Shown: positions 29,971 through 41,241, counted from the stretch's first letter. The stretch: DNA of 64,000 bases from Syntrophales bacterium (GCA_963666365.2 CAXXNF010000002.1:1248001-1312000); one strand, 5' to 3'. Notes: generated by a model from the sequence alone, not told the origin. Made by a program: numbers and translations.

Positions 29971-30699
29971 TCACTGCTTCCTTTTTTTTGACGTTTTCTT
30001 ATGAGGCGCCCGCCAGTGGCCGTTTACCGGAATAACCTCGAGTGTTACCAGCCCCTGCTTCAGCACCGGCCGAATCCAATCCTGTGTATCGACGATTTCT
30101 TCATCGGAAAGAATATCGCCCGCAAGGGTGACAATTCGATCGATGGCCGTACGACTGATGATCTCGCCTGCCGTCATCATGCCGCGGATCTCTCTGATGC
30201 CCTCTAATCCAATATAACGGCCGTCGTTATTCGTACTGCGCAGCCCCACGGCAGACATGGCGCCGATGCATCCCTGACCGGTTTCACCGCCGAACCAGGT
30301 AAATGCATCAAGCTCTTCGGTCAATCGTTTCGCCTCGTCAAGAGGAATAACTTCCCGCTGGGCGCGATATCCGAAAGAGAACAGAACCGGGGGCACAGCA
30401 TCGCGGCACGCAATGCAGAGCCCAGGATTGGCCCCCTCATGGAAATGGTTCTCGAGGAATGAGACGGCATATCGGGCAAGTTCATGAAGTTCGGCGCCGA
30501 TCATTTCCGCATCGATACAGGCACTGCTGTTATGAGACGTGTAGGGAATGTCGGGATGCACCAAGAGTTGATGCCGCGTGACGCGCCCCTGTGCGATCAT
30601 ACCCCTGCATGCCATCTCCTCCGCCAGCATCCGCGTCAGTCTTCCCGTTCCGATGCTCTCTCTGTTGTCCGTATCGTCAATTGCAATGAAGATCTTCAC
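29971..30699 (-). CDS. TiaS N-terminal-like (DDTD) protein, function unknown
   Basis: IAIDDTD, HPDIPYTSHN, ANPGL, GCIGAMSAVG; GTG at 30699 is the likely start. Confidence 0.7.
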   Translation of the reverse strand: MKIFIAIDDTDNRESIGTGRLTRMLAEEMACRGMIAQGRVTRHQLLVHPDIPYTSHNSSACIDAEMIGAELHELARYAVSFLENHFHEGANPGLCIACRDAVPPVLFSFGYRAQREVIPLDEAKRLTEELDAFTWFGGETGQGCIGAMSAVGLRSTNNDGRYIGLEGIREIRGMMTAGEIISRTAIDRIVTLAGDILSDEEIVDTQDWIRPVLKQGLVTLEVIPVNGHWRAPHKKTSKKRKQ

Positions 30700-30828
30700 A
30701 AGATCACGCCCCAATGATTTTCCCGCTTCCCGGAAACACCACATTTTACAGAAGCGCATCTTGATACCATCAAGACAGTCTATAATCAAGAGGATTGATT
30801 GCAAGAAATGAGGGGGTGGAAAAGGAGA

Positions 30829-31704
30829 TCAGTTCGAGAAAATTACTTTCCCGGTATCTTTCAGATCGTATCCGGGCAGATTTTTTGATATTTTTCTTAT
30901 GCGATCGGGGTCGAGGCACTCTTTAAACCGCTTCATGGTTCTGGTAAGCCACAGCTCTCTCGGCGCCACCAGATCGAACCGTTCGTCTTTGAGTGGAATA
31001 AAATCGAGCCCCAGCGGATGAGTGACATACTCAATGCCCAACCCGGTGTCGGCCTCATCAAACAATACCTTAAGAGCGACCTCAAGGTGCGTATCAACAG
31101 TGCTGACCGGCCTGAACATTTCCTCCGCCAGATCTTTTTGTCCTGTCAGATATTCAAAAAGGATTCTCGTACCCGAGCCTTTGTTCCGTGCGACGAAACG
31201 GGCCTTTTTTGCGGCAACATCCTCCATGTTCTTAATGCCCAGAGGATTTCCTTTTTTGACAATAAGGCCCTGCTTTCTATACCATAAATTGGTTATCACA
31301 TAGTGCTGATCGCTCATCACGCGTCTTATGAAAGGAAGGTTATATTCCCCCGTTTCCGCATCCAAAATATGGGCACAGCAGGCCTGTCCCTTGCCTTGCG
31401 AAAGGGCCTGTACACCTTCAATACTTCCTATCGATGCGTAATAGGCGCAGGACTCAGGAATGTTTTCCCGGGAGTAGAGGGAAAGAAGCCTTGTCAGAAG
31501 AAAGTCGTCGCTTCCCACGATATGGAGGTCTTTTTCGCGTTCCACATTCTCGTCAATCCAGCGCATGACATGACTCCTCGGGAAGAGCCATTTGCCGGCA
31601 ATGCGCACATGGGGAACCGTCCCGTCACGCACGAGTTCGTAAACTTTTTTTTCATTGAGTCTCAGAAGCTCTGCCAGTTCCCTTGTGGTCAGCATCTCAT
31701 TCAT
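30829..31704 (-). CDS. Excisionase-type HTH + PBP-like (molybdate/tungstate-binding) transcriptional regulator
   Basis: LTTRELAELLRL...GKWLFP; GSDD, GSIEG, RKQGL, RNKGSGTR, ERFDL. Confidence 0.85.
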   Translation of the reverse strand: MNEMLTTRELAELLRLNEKKVYELVRDGTVPHVRIAGKWLFPRSHVMRWIDENVEREKDLHIVGSDDFLLTRLLSLYSRENIPESCAYYASIGSIEGVQALSQGKGQACCAHILDAETGEYNLPFIRRVMSDQHYVITNLWYRKQGLIVKKGNPLGIKNMEDVAAKKARFVARNKGSGTRILFEYLTGQKDLAEEMFRPVSTVDTHLEVALKVLFDEADTGLGIEYVTHPLGLDFIPLKDERFDLVAPRELWLTRTMKRFKECLDPDRIRKISKNLPGYDLKDTGKVIFSN

Positions 31705-31738
31705 AATGTGGGTTTTCTAACACGAATCTACTATATGG

Positions 31739-32380
31739 TCAATTTTTTTCGCGGATCACCGGCTTCGACGATTGTTCACGAATAAGTTTTTTCACAAACA
31801 CCTCTTCCCGCTCCATCTCTTCAAGCCTTTCCTGGATATACTTTTTCGCCTCTTCATGCTGGGGAATGAATATTTTTTCCAGGGCATTCACCCTCCGTTG
31901 AACTTTTTTCAGCTCCCGCGAAAGCATAATGATCGTTTTGGTAATGCTGGCATAGGCGACAAGCACTTCAAGTGCTTTTCTCGATCGCTTCTTCGCTTCA
32001 TCGTAGGAAGCGGTGGTTCCTTCCAGGGCAGCGGGAGGCCTCATATTTTTAAAGGAAATTCTCATCTTCGGAAGTTTCATCCCCAGGAGAGAGAACAATT
32101 CCCTGTAGAAAAAAAAGCTCCGCTTTTCAGTGCTGCTTTTCAAGGTGATGAGTTCGGATCCCATATCGACAGCGGCATTCCGATACCCCCCGTAGAGTTC
32201 GCGCAGGGCAGTTGAAAGTTCGGTTTCCACTTTTCGTATCTCACCGATATGCTTGATGATCTCCATGGCCAGTATTTCTCTTTTCTGATTAAGAAGGTCG
32301 TACCCCTCGTAGGCAAAGGAAAGGTCATCCTTGAGTGTGCGAAGCGACGATTTGGTAGGAGGAAGCTCTATCTTCGGCAT
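31739..32380 (-). CDS. ntpD: V/A-type ATP synthase subunit D
   Basis: PTK, GYDLLNQKRE, RRVNALE, LEEMERE. Confidence 0.92.
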   Translation of the reverse strand: MPKIELPPTKSSLRTLKDDLSFAYEGYDLLNQKREILAMEIIKHIGEIRKVETELSTALRELYGGYRNAAVDMGSELITLKSSTEKRSFFFYRELFSLLGMKLPKMRISFKNMRPPAALEGTTASYDEAKKRSRKALEVLVAYASITKTIIMLSRELKKVQRRVNALEKIFIPQHEEAKKYIQERLEEMEREEVFVKKLIREQSSKPVIREKN

Positions 32381-33777
32381 TATTCGCTCCCGGTCTCCGG
32401 CACGTAATATCGTTGTAGTTCTTCCTTTGATACGCGGTACAGCTCTCCTTCAGGAAGCAGTGACAGCATCCGCCATCCTATTTCCAGCGTCTTTTCAATC
32501 GAGCGGTTTTCCTCATAGCCCTGGCGTAAAAACTGCTCCTCAAAGGCAACGCCGAATTTCAGATAGATCTTGTCAAGGGCGGAAAGCTCTTCTTCCCCCA
32601 CAATGGCCGCCAGTGACCGGATGCGCTTCACCTTCGCATAGGTGGCAAAGAGCTGTGCAGCCACCTGTGCGTGATCACGGCGCGTGCGCCCTTCGCCGAT
32701 CCCGTCTTTCATGAGCCGCGACAATGACGGCAGTCCGGCGATGGGAGGATATATGCCTCTGTTGAAAAGTTCCCGTTCCAGCACGATCTGCCCTTCGGTG
32801 ATGTACCCCGTGAGATCCGGCACGGGATGGGAGATATCGTCGCTGGGCATGGTGAGGATGGGTACCTGCGTAATTGAACCGTTATGCCCCTTTAATCTTC
32901 CCGCCCGCTCGTAAATTGAGGCAAGATCGCTGTAAAGGTACCCGGGATATCCTTTTCTTGAAGGAATCTCCCCCCGCGAACTCGACAGCTCCCGAAGAGA
33001 TTCACAATAATTTGTCATATCCGTCATGATCACAAGCACATGCATGCCCTCTTCAAAGGCCAGATACTCGGCCAGTGTAAGGGCCACCCGCGGTGTAATG
33101 AGGCGTTCGATGGAAGGGGCGTCGGCAAGGCTTAAAAATACGGCCGAGTGGGTGAGCACGCCCGTTTCCTCCAATGCGTCGATAAAAAACCGGGCTACGT
33201 CGAATTTCACTCCCATAGCGGCGAATATGACGGTGAACTCTTCTTCTTCAGTAAGAATCATGGCCTGACGGGCGATCTGTGCCGCAATAAGGTTGTGCGG
33301 CATTCCGCTCCCCGAAAATATGGGAAGCTTCTGACCTCTGATGAGGGTGTTCATACCGTCGATGGCGGATATTCCCGTCTGTATGAAATCGCGCGGGTAC
33401 TCCCTGCTCCAGGGATTGACGGGAAGGCCGTTCACGTTCATGCTGTTATCCGTGATTACCTGCGGAGTGCCGTCGACCGGTCTCCCCAGTCCGTCGAATA
33501 CCCGACCGAGCATGGCCCGTTCGACAGGAATCTCCAGAGATTTTCCTACAAAGGTGGCACGCACCCCTTCTATGGAAAGACCGCTGGTGCCTTCAAACAC
33601 CTGGACTACCGCCCGTTCTTCATCAACTTCGAGTGTTTGTCCGATACGTACGGCCGTCGAGCCGTCTCGAATTTCAACAATTTCTCCAAGTCCCACGCCC
33701 TTGACCCCCTCAACAAAAATTAAGGGGCCGGAAATTCCTGAAAGGTCGGTATATTCGATTTCGAAGGACATGCTCAC
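32380..33777 (-). CDS. ntpB: V/A-type ATP synthase subunit B
   Basis: [40 protein letters not shown]. Confidence 0.96.
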   Translation of the reverse strand: MSMSFEIEYTDLSGISGPLIFVEGVKGVGLGEIVEIRDGSTAVRIGQTLEVDEERAVVQVFEGTSGLSIEGVRATFVGKSLEIPVERAMLGRVFDGLGRPVDGTPQVITDNSMNVNGLPVNPWSREYPRDFIQTGISAIDGMNTLIRGQKLPIFSGSGMPHNLIAAQIARQAMILTEEEEFTVIFAAMGVKFDVARFFIDALEETGVLTHSAVFLSLADAPSIERLITPRVALTLAEYLAFEEGMHVLVIMTDMTNYCESLRELSSSRGEIPSRKGYPGYLYSDLASIYERAGRLKGHNGSITQVPILTMPSDDISHPVPDLTGYITEGQIVLERELFNRGIYPPIAGLPSLSRLMKDGIGEGRTRRDHAQVAAQLFATYAKVKRIRSLAAIVGEEELSALDKIYLKFGVAFEEQFLRQGYEENRSIEKTLEIGWRMLSLLPEGELYRVSKEELQRYYVPETGSE

Positions 33778-35546
33778 ACCCCTGTCAGATGTTGTTTCAA
33801 CGAATCGAGCGCTGACAGCAATTTCTTCTCGTGTATATCTATTTTCTCCACCTCTTTGCTTGAAACCTCCGACTTGAGCCTCACTATTTCCGTGACCGCC
33901 TCCAGGGTGGTGATATCGCTGAGAGGAAGACCAGCCTGCACGAGTTCCATACCTTTGGTATAGAGAGTCAGGATTGTTCTGAGGAGTTTGACCTGCTTTT
34001 CCGGACTGCAGTATTTATCGACGGAGTCAAAGGAATTCTGTTGCAGGAAGGCGTTTTTTATCGTCTCGGCCACAAAAAGCACGAACTGCTGGCTCGGCGG
34101 CAGCGCATCAGCGCCCACGAGTTTCACCAGCTGCTGCAGTCTGTGATCTTCGAGCAGAATATTCATCACGTCATTTCGTAATGCAAGCCACTGATTGTCG
34201 AGATTGTTCCACCAGTTCTCGATGTCATTGAGGTATTCGGTGTAACTGTCAACCCAGCTTATGGAGGGATAATGCCTCGCATCAGCCAGCACTTTGTCCA
34301 AGGCCCAGAAGCACCGCACAAATCTCGATGTGTGCTGCGTGACCGGTTCAGAAAAATCGCCCCCCGGGGGAGACACGGCGCCAATAATCGTAATATCGCC
34401 GTCTTTGCCCGATAGCGTTTCCACGAGACCGGCCCTTTCGTAAAACTCGGCGAGTCTGGTTGCCAGATAGGGGGGAAATCCTTCTTCGGCAGGCATGTCG
34501 CCGAGCCGGCTGGCCAGTTCCCTCAGAGCCTCAGCCCATCTCGATGTAGAATCGGCCATCACCGCCACGCTGTACCCCATGTCACGGTAAAATTCCGCGA
34601 TGGTCACGCCGGTGTAGATGCTCACCTCTCTGGCAGGCACGGGCATATTGGATGTATTGGCAATCATCACTGTTCGCTCGATCAGCGGCCTGCCGTTTCT
34701 TTCATCGACAAGGCTGGGGAATTCCGTGAGGACGTCGGTCATCTCGTTTCCACGCTCACCGCAGCCTATATAGACAATGATATCGGCGTTGCACCACTTC
34801 GCCAGGGCGTGCTGTGTCATAGTCTTCCCCGTGCCGAAACCTCCAGGAATCGCGGCCGTGCCGCCCCGGGCGATAGGAAAAAAGGTATCGATGATCCTCT
34901 GTCCTGTCATGAGGGGAATAAAGGGCTTCTTCCGCGCCCTGCTCGGCCGCGGTTTTCGTACCGGCCAGTATTCAGCAAGTTTTCCCCGATAGGTATCGCT
35001 CCTCCTATCAATGGTATAGATCTCGTCTTCTACGGTATATTCACCGATTTCCACAATGCCGGTCAACACACCAGCAAGACCGGGAGGCACAAGTACACGG
35101 TGGACCACAAGGGGGCTCTCCTGAATGCAGCCGAGCATATCCCCTTCTTTTACTTCGCTTCCGACCGTGAGGGCAGGCGTAAACTTCCAGGGTTTCTTCA
35201 TATCGAGGGGTGGCAGCTTAATCCCTTTTTCGATATAGCTGCCACACACCTCGGAGATGCCTATCAGCGGACGCTGGATGCCGTCGTAGATATTTGCGAT
35301 AAGCCCCGGCCCCAGAAGAACCGAGAGAGGCCTCCGATAGGAGACGACTTCGTCTCCCGGTTTCAGGCCCGTGTTATCCTCATACACCTGAATGAGGGCA
35401 ACTTCGCCGAGAAGACGTATCACTTCGCCGATGAGCCGTTCCGACCCTACTTCAGCGATATCGAACATCTTTATACCCTTCAGGCCCAGGGCCTTTACAA
35501 TGGGACCGTTCACGGAAATCACTCTCCCTGTTACCACGCTGTCCAT
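33774..35546 (-). CDS. ntpA: V/A-type ATP synthase subunit A
   Basis: Walker [48 protein letters not shown]. Confidence 0.97.
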   Translation of the reverse strand: MDSVVTGRVISVNGPIVKALGLKGIKMFDIAEVGSERLIGEVIRLLGEVALIQVYEDNTGLKPGDEVVSYRRPLSVLLGPGLIANIYDGIQRPLIGISEVCGSYIEKGIKLPPLDMKKPWKFTPALTVGSEVKEGDMLGCIQESPLVVHRVLVPPGLAGVLTGIVEIGEYTVEDEIYTIDRRSDTYRGKLAEYWPVRKPRPSRARKKPFIPLMTGQRIIDTFFPIARGGTAAIPGGFGTGKTMTQHALAKWCNADIIVYIGCGERGNEMTDVLTEFPSLVDERNGRPLIERTVMIANTSNMPVPAREVSIYTGVTIAEFYRDMGYSVAVMADSTSRWAEALRELASRLGDMPAEEGFPPYLATRLAEFYERAGLVETLSGKDGDITIIGAVSPPGGDFSEPVTQHTSRFVRCFWALDKVLADARHYPSISWVDSYTEYLNDIENWWNNLDNQWLALRNDVMNILLEDHRLQQLVKLVGADALPPSQQFVLFVAETIKNAFLQQNSFDSVDKYCSPEKQVKLLRTILTLYTKGMELVQAGLPLSDITTLEAVTEIVRLKSEVSSKEVEKIDIHEKKLLSALDSLKQHLTGV

Positions 35547-35547
35547 A

Positions 35548-36168
35548 TCAGCGCCCCTCCGCCTCGTCCTTGAGTCCGTATTTCTTCAGTATATTCATTA
35601 CCTCCAGGCGAATCGCCTGTGATCTTCTGAAATAAATTCGTTCGATTGTGCCGTTTAATATGCGCCCCGTTTTTCCGTCCACAATACTGCACCCGCCCCA
35701 CTCGATGCTGTTGTCTTCCCTTAACGCGATATTCCCGTTCCTTCCCCTCACCTTCAGGGCATCATCGATACTCTCTTTTCCCAACGCAAGATCTTCTTTC
35801 CTAACCCGAATCTCGGCGTCTGAGGTCACCGCATCCAGTGCCTCGCATACGACAGTCTTGAGATAGGTCGTATACCGAAAGTTTCTCCTCATTTCTTTAA
35901 GCGCTTCAACCGCACTACGGTGTATGAAATTCTCTATCATTCGAAGCGCCATTTTTTTACGGTCAAGCACTTCTCTGTGTTCGATGCGGGACAATTCCTG
36001 TTCGATGCGCCTATCCGTTTCGGCCTGTTTTCTTCTTCGCAGGGTCTCGATCTCGGCGGCATACCGTTCTTCGAGACGCGCAATTTCCTCGGCCTCTTTC
36101 CGACGTATATCTTCGATTATCCGTTCCGATTCTTCCCTTATGGAACGTTCCAACGGCGTTTCATCCAT
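35548..36168 (-). CDS. ntpE: V/A-type ATP synthase subunit E
   Basis: Charged coiled-coil N-terminus; C-terminal GG...ILNGT; operon position. Confidence 0.8.
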   Translation of the reverse strand: MDETPLERSIREESERIIEDIRRKEAEEIARLEERYAAEIETLRRRKQAETDRRIEQELSRIEHREVLDRKKMALRMIENFIHRSAVEALKEMRRNFRYTTYLKTVVCEALDAVTSDAEIRVRKEDLALGKESIDDALKVRGRNGNIALREDNSIEWGGCSIVDGKTGRILNGTIERIYFRRSQAIRLEVMNILKKYGLKDEAEGR

Positions 36169-36188
36169 GAGAAACCCTTTTCCTTTGA

Positions 36189-36494
36189 TCAGACCGAAAT
36201 ACCGAGCGCCCCCGCAATATAGCGGACAGCGGATGCCCGCAATCCCCCCTCGTCATCAATACCGGGAATCTCGATCACCACGGGACCGGAACCGCTGAGA
36301 GACAGCTGCGCTATTCTCTCCTGAAGATTTTCCGCAAGGGTGTTTGTCACAACAACAATTCCGGCATCCTCCCTCTTGACGATATCCTCAAAGTGTGCCG
36401 TCACGGATTCCTTTTCGGAAACCACACCCCTTACACCGGCGAGACGAAAGGCGCTCACCGTGTGCATGTCACCGATGATATACACATTATTCAT
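36189..36494 (-). CDS. ntpF: V/A-type ATP synthase subunit F
   Basis: IIGD..TV..FRLAGV, PVVIEIP, ALGI. Confidence 0.9.
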   Translation of the reverse strand: MNNVYIIGDMHTVSAFRLAGVRGVVSEKESVTAHFEDIVKREDAGIVVVTNTLAENLQERIAQLSLSGSGPVVIEIPGIDDEGGLRASAVRYIAGALGISV

Positions 36495-36495
36495 G

Positions 36496-36834
36496 TTACA
36501 ATTTGTTCAGAATCATAATGGCGATTATAAGGCCGTAGATAGCGATGCCTTCAGCCAGACCGAGGAAAATAAGAACCCGGCCTGTAAGTTCCGGTTTTTC
36601 GCTCATGGCGCCCATGCCCGCCGAGCCGATGCGGGCCACGGCGTAGCTGCTGGCGATACAGGCCAGTCCCACAGCGATCGCCGCCGACAAATAGGCAAAC
36701 CCCATCCACTCCTTCGTTGTGTGCACTGCCGCCACTTCTGCTTCGGCCGCCGATAGTACAGCCGGGACGGACCATACCACTGCAGCGACAAGAAATAGGA
36801 CCACATACATGATACACTGCCATCTGTTGGTCAT
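36496..36834 (-). CDS. ntpK: V/A-type ATP synthase subunit K (proteolipid c)
   Basis: Signal-peptide-like N-terminus, one hairpin, EKPE loop, LAEGIAIYG with the ion-carrying Glu; GGAGG RBS. Confidence 0.9.
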   Translation of the reverse strand: MTNRWQCIMYVVLFLVAAVVWSVPAVLSAAEAEVAAVHTTKEWMGFAYLSAAIAVGLACIASSYAVARIGSAGMGAMSEKPELTGRVLIFLGLAEGIAIYGLIIAIMILNKL

Positions 36835-36835
36835 C

Positions 36836-38746
36836 TCACACCTCCGATGCCTGTGCCTTGAAAATAAAGGGACTGAAGATGACACCATCCCCCTTGAAAA
36901 ACTTGCTGAAAAATTCATAGTATTCAAGACGCATTGACTGAATCCCGCAAATAAGGGCCTCAAACCCGACAATGAACACATTGCCGGCGATAATGATGAT
37001 GACCGCACCGGGCGATTTCATGGCGGGATCCACAATGCCAGCGAGTGTATAGGTTACGATGCTCAAGCCCGCATGGGAAAGCGCGAAGGCGCCCACTCGT
37101 ATGAACGAGACAGTGTTTGCCAGCATGCTCAGTCCTGTTTCCAGAATTTCCACAGAGGTCTCAATTACATATTCGACTACACTGTGCGGCTTGTCCGCTC
37201 CGAATAAAAGTGATCCAAGAACGCTCCGAAATGAAAAGAGGATGAGGGGTAAAAGCAAAAAGAATCCGCCGTACCAGAGGGACATTCCCTCCCCTGTTGC
37301 AGCGTATCGGACGGCAAAAAAGACAACTGCCACATACAATACCAGAATCGCCAGTCCCCTCTTCTCGAAAAACGCCTCGGTATAACGTGCATTTATAACG
37401 CAATTTATTATATTTATGCAGAGACCGACCGCGATGATGCAGGCCCCCATCACGATGGTCAGAGAAAAGAGCGACATGATATGCGTCATGGGGTGAAAGA
37501 GCATCGCCGGGATGAGGTGCTCATTGGAAAAGACGCTGCCGTAAAGCAGGCCGCATATCGCCGCCGCGAGACCGCAGGCGACAAGAATCGCTCCCGATTG
37601 GCCAAGGGCGCTTCCCTCTTCCCCCTTCTTTTTTGCACTCCTGTGGAGCATCACACCCACAAGGGCAAGGACAATGCCCTGGCCGAGATCACCGAACATG
37701 AGACCGAACATAAGCACGAAGGTAAGTGCCGCCAGTGGGGTGGGATCTATCTCGCGTGCCCCCGGCATGCCCATGGTCTTTACAATAAGTTCAAAGGGCT
37801 TCAATGCGCCCATATTTATCAGCCGCACAGGGGCATCGGGATCACGTGTCTCCGACACCGCGACAATGAATCGATCACCGCATATGCTGCGCAGCAGGGA
37901 AAAGAGCCTTTCTTTTTCACGTATGTCAATCCAGCCCGTGATGAACATGGCCTTTGATGAAAAAAGGGACATTCGCAACGCCTTCATCACTTCTTCGTAT
38001 TTTTTATACCGGCGGTAACACTCTTGAAGTTTTTCGCTTTCACGTTCCTTCAAGCGGAGGGAATAGCTGCTGAGCACGTCACACCTGGCTTTAAGCGATC
38101 GGCGGCGACAGTCAAGGGTTTCTATGGAACCATCGCCAAGACTCTTGGACAAATCGTAAAATCCATAGTTGCTCAGGCAGTGCATCATGCGCGGGAATTC
38201 TCCAGGAAGCGCAGCACCTGCCACGTAGTGTCCGCTCTTTACTATTTGAAACGGCATCCCTTCCGGCGGGCGCCAATCGATTTCCTCTACCGTGCCGAAG
38301 ATCATTCTTATCAGTCGCGATCCTTTGAATGCATCAGCGTCGACACCCATATCCTGCAAGACCTTTCGATAGGACAACCGCGCATCAATTTCATCCAGTG
38401 CGTCCCGAATTCGAGCATGAAGTTTCTCAAGACGGTCTACTGTCCTCTTTATTTTTTCCACATAGAGACTATCCGAATCGATATCGCTGCCGGTTTCGGG
38501 AATATCGCGCCGCCCAGGAAGAATATCCATGGCATCCATCACATATTGAATCCCCAGAATGATCCGCCCCGTTTTTTCTTCTTCAGTTTTAAGCCCCTTA
38601 TCTGTCGTCAAATCCGCTCTTTCAGTATGAGACAGATGAATAATCCCTTCTTTGCCAAGCGCATCGAAAACCTCATGAAAGAACATTTTCCCCAGCGCTA
38701 TAAAAACCTTGCGTATGTCGGATTTGATGAACATGAGAATCCTCAC
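36836..38746 (-). CDS. ntpI: V/A-type ATP synthase subunit I (a)
   Basis: IDPTP, FGLMFGDLGQG, SFIRVGAF (essential Arg), MRLEYYEFFSKF. Confidence 0.93.
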   Translation of the reverse strand: MRILMFIKSDIRKVFIALGKMFFHEVFDALGKEGIIHLSHTERADLTTDKGLKTEEEKTGRIILGIQYVMDAMDILPGRRDIPETGSDIDSDSLYVEKIKRTVDRLEKLHARIRDALDEIDARLSYRKVLQDMGVDADAFKGSRLIRMIFGTVEEIDWRPPEGMPFQIVKSGHYVAGAALPGEFPRMMHCLSNYGFYDLSKSLGDGSIETLDCRRRSLKARCDVLSSYSLRLKERESEKLQECYRRYKKYEEVMKALRMSLFSSKAMFITGWIDIREKERLFSLLRSICGDRFIVAVSETRDPDAPVRLINMGALKPFELIVKTMGMPGAREIDPTPLAALTFVLMFGLMFGDLGQGIVLALVGVMLHRSAKKKGEEGSALGQSGAILVACGLAAAICGLLYGSVFSNEHLIPAMLFHPMTHIMSLFSLTIVMGACIIAVGLCINIINCVINARYTEAFFEKRGLAILVLYVAVVFFAVRYAATGEGMSLWYGGFFLLLPLILFSFRSVLGSLLFGADKPHSVVEYVIETSVEILETGLSMLANTVSFIRVGAFALSHAGLSIVTYTLAGIVDPAMKSPGAVIIIIAGNVFIVGFEALICGIQSMRLEYYEFFSKFFKGDGVIFSPFIFKAQASEV

Positions 38747-39693
38747 ACCGCGCTTATGATGCGCTCGAGTATCGCTTCATGCGGCAACCGGAATCGACGG
38801 CCCTCGATAATGCGGTACAGATTCCGTATCTGATAAGCCAAAAGCCACAGATAGGCGATTACACAGTAAGGGGCATGGAAATTCCTGTGGAACATCGACA
38901 GGATCCACTGATAAAAATAATGCTCCACGCAATATTCCATATCGGGTATCGCCGGCGTACTCCTGCCGCTTCTTTCAGAGCTGTCGCCGCACCGGGCCAG
39001 TGCTGTTTCAACCACCCTTACATGCGGTTCAAGCGGTTCTTCAAAAAGATCACTAAGAACCCTCTCATTCGATGCTACTCTCTCTTCGCGTGCGTGATAG
39101 GTGGTCCTGAGTCGTATACGCTGAAGTGCCAGGAAAACGGCAATGCCTTTCACTATAAATTTCCTCACCACATCACCGGCCTCAGCATTCAATGAAGCCG
39201 AGGCAGCAACCATATTTTTAACCGCAAGAAGATCAATGCGAATTTCAAGGTGTTCATAACTCAGTTTCTTCTCAAAGAGACCATCAAGGTAGGTGCCGGC
39301 AAGCATCATCTTCATGTCGTCAAATGATATATCGTCCTGGAGCAGGTTTCTGTCGAGAATTGCAAAATGTCCAATGTCATACCACATGGCCAGACTCGAT
39401 CTCCCGGATAGTTTGGCCATTACACACTTTATGTTGTGCGCCTCGTACCTTCGAAGAAATGCAAGAAACAAGGGTTCATACACTCGGGTCGCTTCGGCGA
39501 GCAGCAGCACTTTTTCAATTTCCTTTCTGAAAATCTCTTCCTTTGCTTCAATTACATCCGCATCACTTTCTATCGTATTCTGGGAAGACGGCTGCGCTCC
39601 TACGAGGGACACATAATCGGCGTGCGTCAAAAGACGGCTTTTCATGGCATAGATTCGCGTATGAAAATTATATATATCGGCATAATATTTCAT
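38743..39693 (-). CDS. ntpC: V/A-type ATP synthase subunit C (d/AC39)
   Basis: RIYAMKSRLL N-terminus, QIRNL..IIEG C-terminus; operon position. Confidence 0.78.
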   Translation of the reverse strand: MKYYADIYNFHTRIYAMKSRLLTHADYVSLVGAQPSSQNTIESDADVIEAKEEIFRKEIEKVLLLAEATRVYEPLFLAFLRRYEAHNIKCVMAKLSGRSSLAMWYDIGHFAILDRNLLQDDISFDDMKMMLAGTYLDGLFEKKLSYEHLEIRIDLLAVKNMVAASASLNAEAGDVVRKFIVKGIAVFLALQRIRLRTTYHAREERVASNERVLSDLFEEPLEPHVRVVETALARCGDSSERSGRSTPAIPDMEYCVEHYFYQWILSMFHRNFHAPYCVIAYLWLLAYQIRNLYRIIEGRRFRLPHEAILERIISAV

Positions 39694-39703
39694 TCATGAC
39701 CTC

Positions 39704-40012
39704 TCACAGCGAAAGCACCATTGCGACTATTGTTTCTCTTATATCCTTCTGAAGGGCATTATTCTTAAGAAGTACGTCAATGCGGGCAGCCATTTTTTCC
39801 GCCTCTCTTTCCGTATACTTCTTCTTTTGTTCAATTGCGTGGGAAAGCCTTCTTTGTTCCTCGCACATAAGGGCATCCAATTCTTTCCTCCTGTTTGCTT
39901 CCAATTGTAATTTGCGGGCCCCTATATTCTCCGTATATTCTTCTTCAGCCTTCGCTATCTCTTTTGCATACTTTTTTTCGATGTCCACAATTCGAGCGAT
40001 TGCACTCTCCAT
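39704..40012 (-). CDS. Probable V/A-type ATPase peripheral stalk subunit G/H
   Basis: 102-aa charged coiled coil at the head of the operon. Confidence 0.65.
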   Translation of the reverse strand: MESAIARIVDIEKKYAKEIAKAEEEYTENIGARKLQLEANRRKELDALMCEEQRRLSHAIEQKKKYTEREAEKMAARIDVLLKNNALQKDIRETIVAMVLSL

Positions 40013-40056
40013 AGACTTATTCTCCAGCGTTCCGACATATTTCCAAAGTCGGATTT

Positions 40057-40980
40057 CTATAATCTGAGAAGTGCCTCGAGAAAGGTCATCCCCTTTCCCC
40101 TTCTTCTGACCGATAGAAGTGGGGCCGGGGCCTTTCTAATCAACTGCTCGGTGACACTGTCCAGAAGAAATCTTGCCGCGGCCTTTTTATGATGAGAACC
40201 GATAATGATTAAATCTATCTCGTGCGCCCGCACCATTTCATCGATGATCTCGTAAACTTTCTTTTCCAATCGCACCATCAGCGGCTGCACAAAAACCCCT
40301 TTCAGGTTAAGATCGTCAAGAAATTCCCGGCATTTCTTCTCCGCATTTTTTACCATGATGGCAGAAAATTCCTCATAACTTTTCCCTCGTTTATAGTACC
40401 CCAGAGGCACATCGTACACATGAATGCAGCGGATACTCGGAATCTCATGCGCCGCGGCAAAATCGATCGCCAACTCCATCGCATCACGGGCGTTTTCCGA
40501 AAAATCGACGGGCACGAGCAGATTGATTTCATTAGGACGCTTTCTTTGCGGCACGGCTTTTTCAGGAACAAAGAGCACCGAACCGGGCGCTTTTCGTGCC
40601 AGCTTGACCGGCAGAGTTTCAACAGAAGTAAACTCCCCGCGTATTTTTCCTATCACGACCAAGTCGATATCTTTTTCCTTGAAACGACGCAATAATTCTA
40701 TTTCAACAAGCGGTGATTCCGGCATGATCTCATAATACAGCTGTGTTTCGGGACGGCCATCGTAATAGCTTTGCACCAGCGCTTCCATCGCACCCCTGTA
40801 TTCCTCGACGGCAATCTGTTGGGATTTTCCGCTCCTGGCAAATTCTTCAGTGCTTAACACGTGGGTAAAGGTGATTGTTTCCGGTGCGGCCAGCCAGCTC
40901 ACCAGACCGGCATATTGTATTTTCGCTCGATCCTGATCGCCTACAGTCATGCCTACCATGAGGTTTTTGAAATGATACAT
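40057..40980 (-). CDS. Universal stress protein (tandem Usp domains)
   Basis: IDLVVIG, LLVPVDFS, DLIIIGS, SVTEQLIRKAPAPLL. Confidence 0.88.
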   Translation of the reverse strand: MYHFKNLMVGMTVGDQDRAKIQYAGLVSWLAAPETITFTHVLSTEEFARSGKSQQIAVEEYRGAMEALVQSYYDGRPETQLYYEIMPESPLVEIELLRRFKEKDIDLVVIGKIRGEFTSVETLPVKLARKAPGSVLFVPEKAVPQRKRPNEINLLVPVDFSENARDAMELAIDFAAAHEIPSIRCIHVYDVPLGYYKRGKSYEEFSAIMVKNAEKKCREFLDDLNLKGVFVQPLMVRLEKKVYEIIDEMVRAHEIDLIIIGSHHKKAAARFLLDSVTEQLIRKAPAPLLSVRRRGKGMTFLEALLRL

Positions 40981-41241
40981 GGCGCCCTCCTTTCTTTAAA
41001 GAGTTCGAAATCACCACTCTTTCAGCTCGAACGATTTTTTGGCAGCAAGCACGTCCCTTTTCGATATTCAGTCATGCAAGAATCTTCTGAAAGGGGCCTG
41101 TACCCACACTCCCTGCGCGAATGAGTGCACATGTCCTTTTGATTAGAGACACATCAGTATTATTTTTCGCCTCGTAAGGTTTGTTCAACGCGCAATGGAG
41201 CATGGGTACGGAATGAACCCCTCACTTGGTGCCGCCGCATT

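Noticed and set aside
2175..35546. Inteins or introns in nrdD or ATPase subunit A
   Set aside because: Both proteins have normal length and continuous motifs.
25310..41189. Shared 16-mer GTAAGGTTTGTWCAAC at 25310-25325 and 41174-41189
   Set aside because: One-mismatch 16-mer pairs are expected by chance in 64 kb, and distances to the downstream genes differ greatly.
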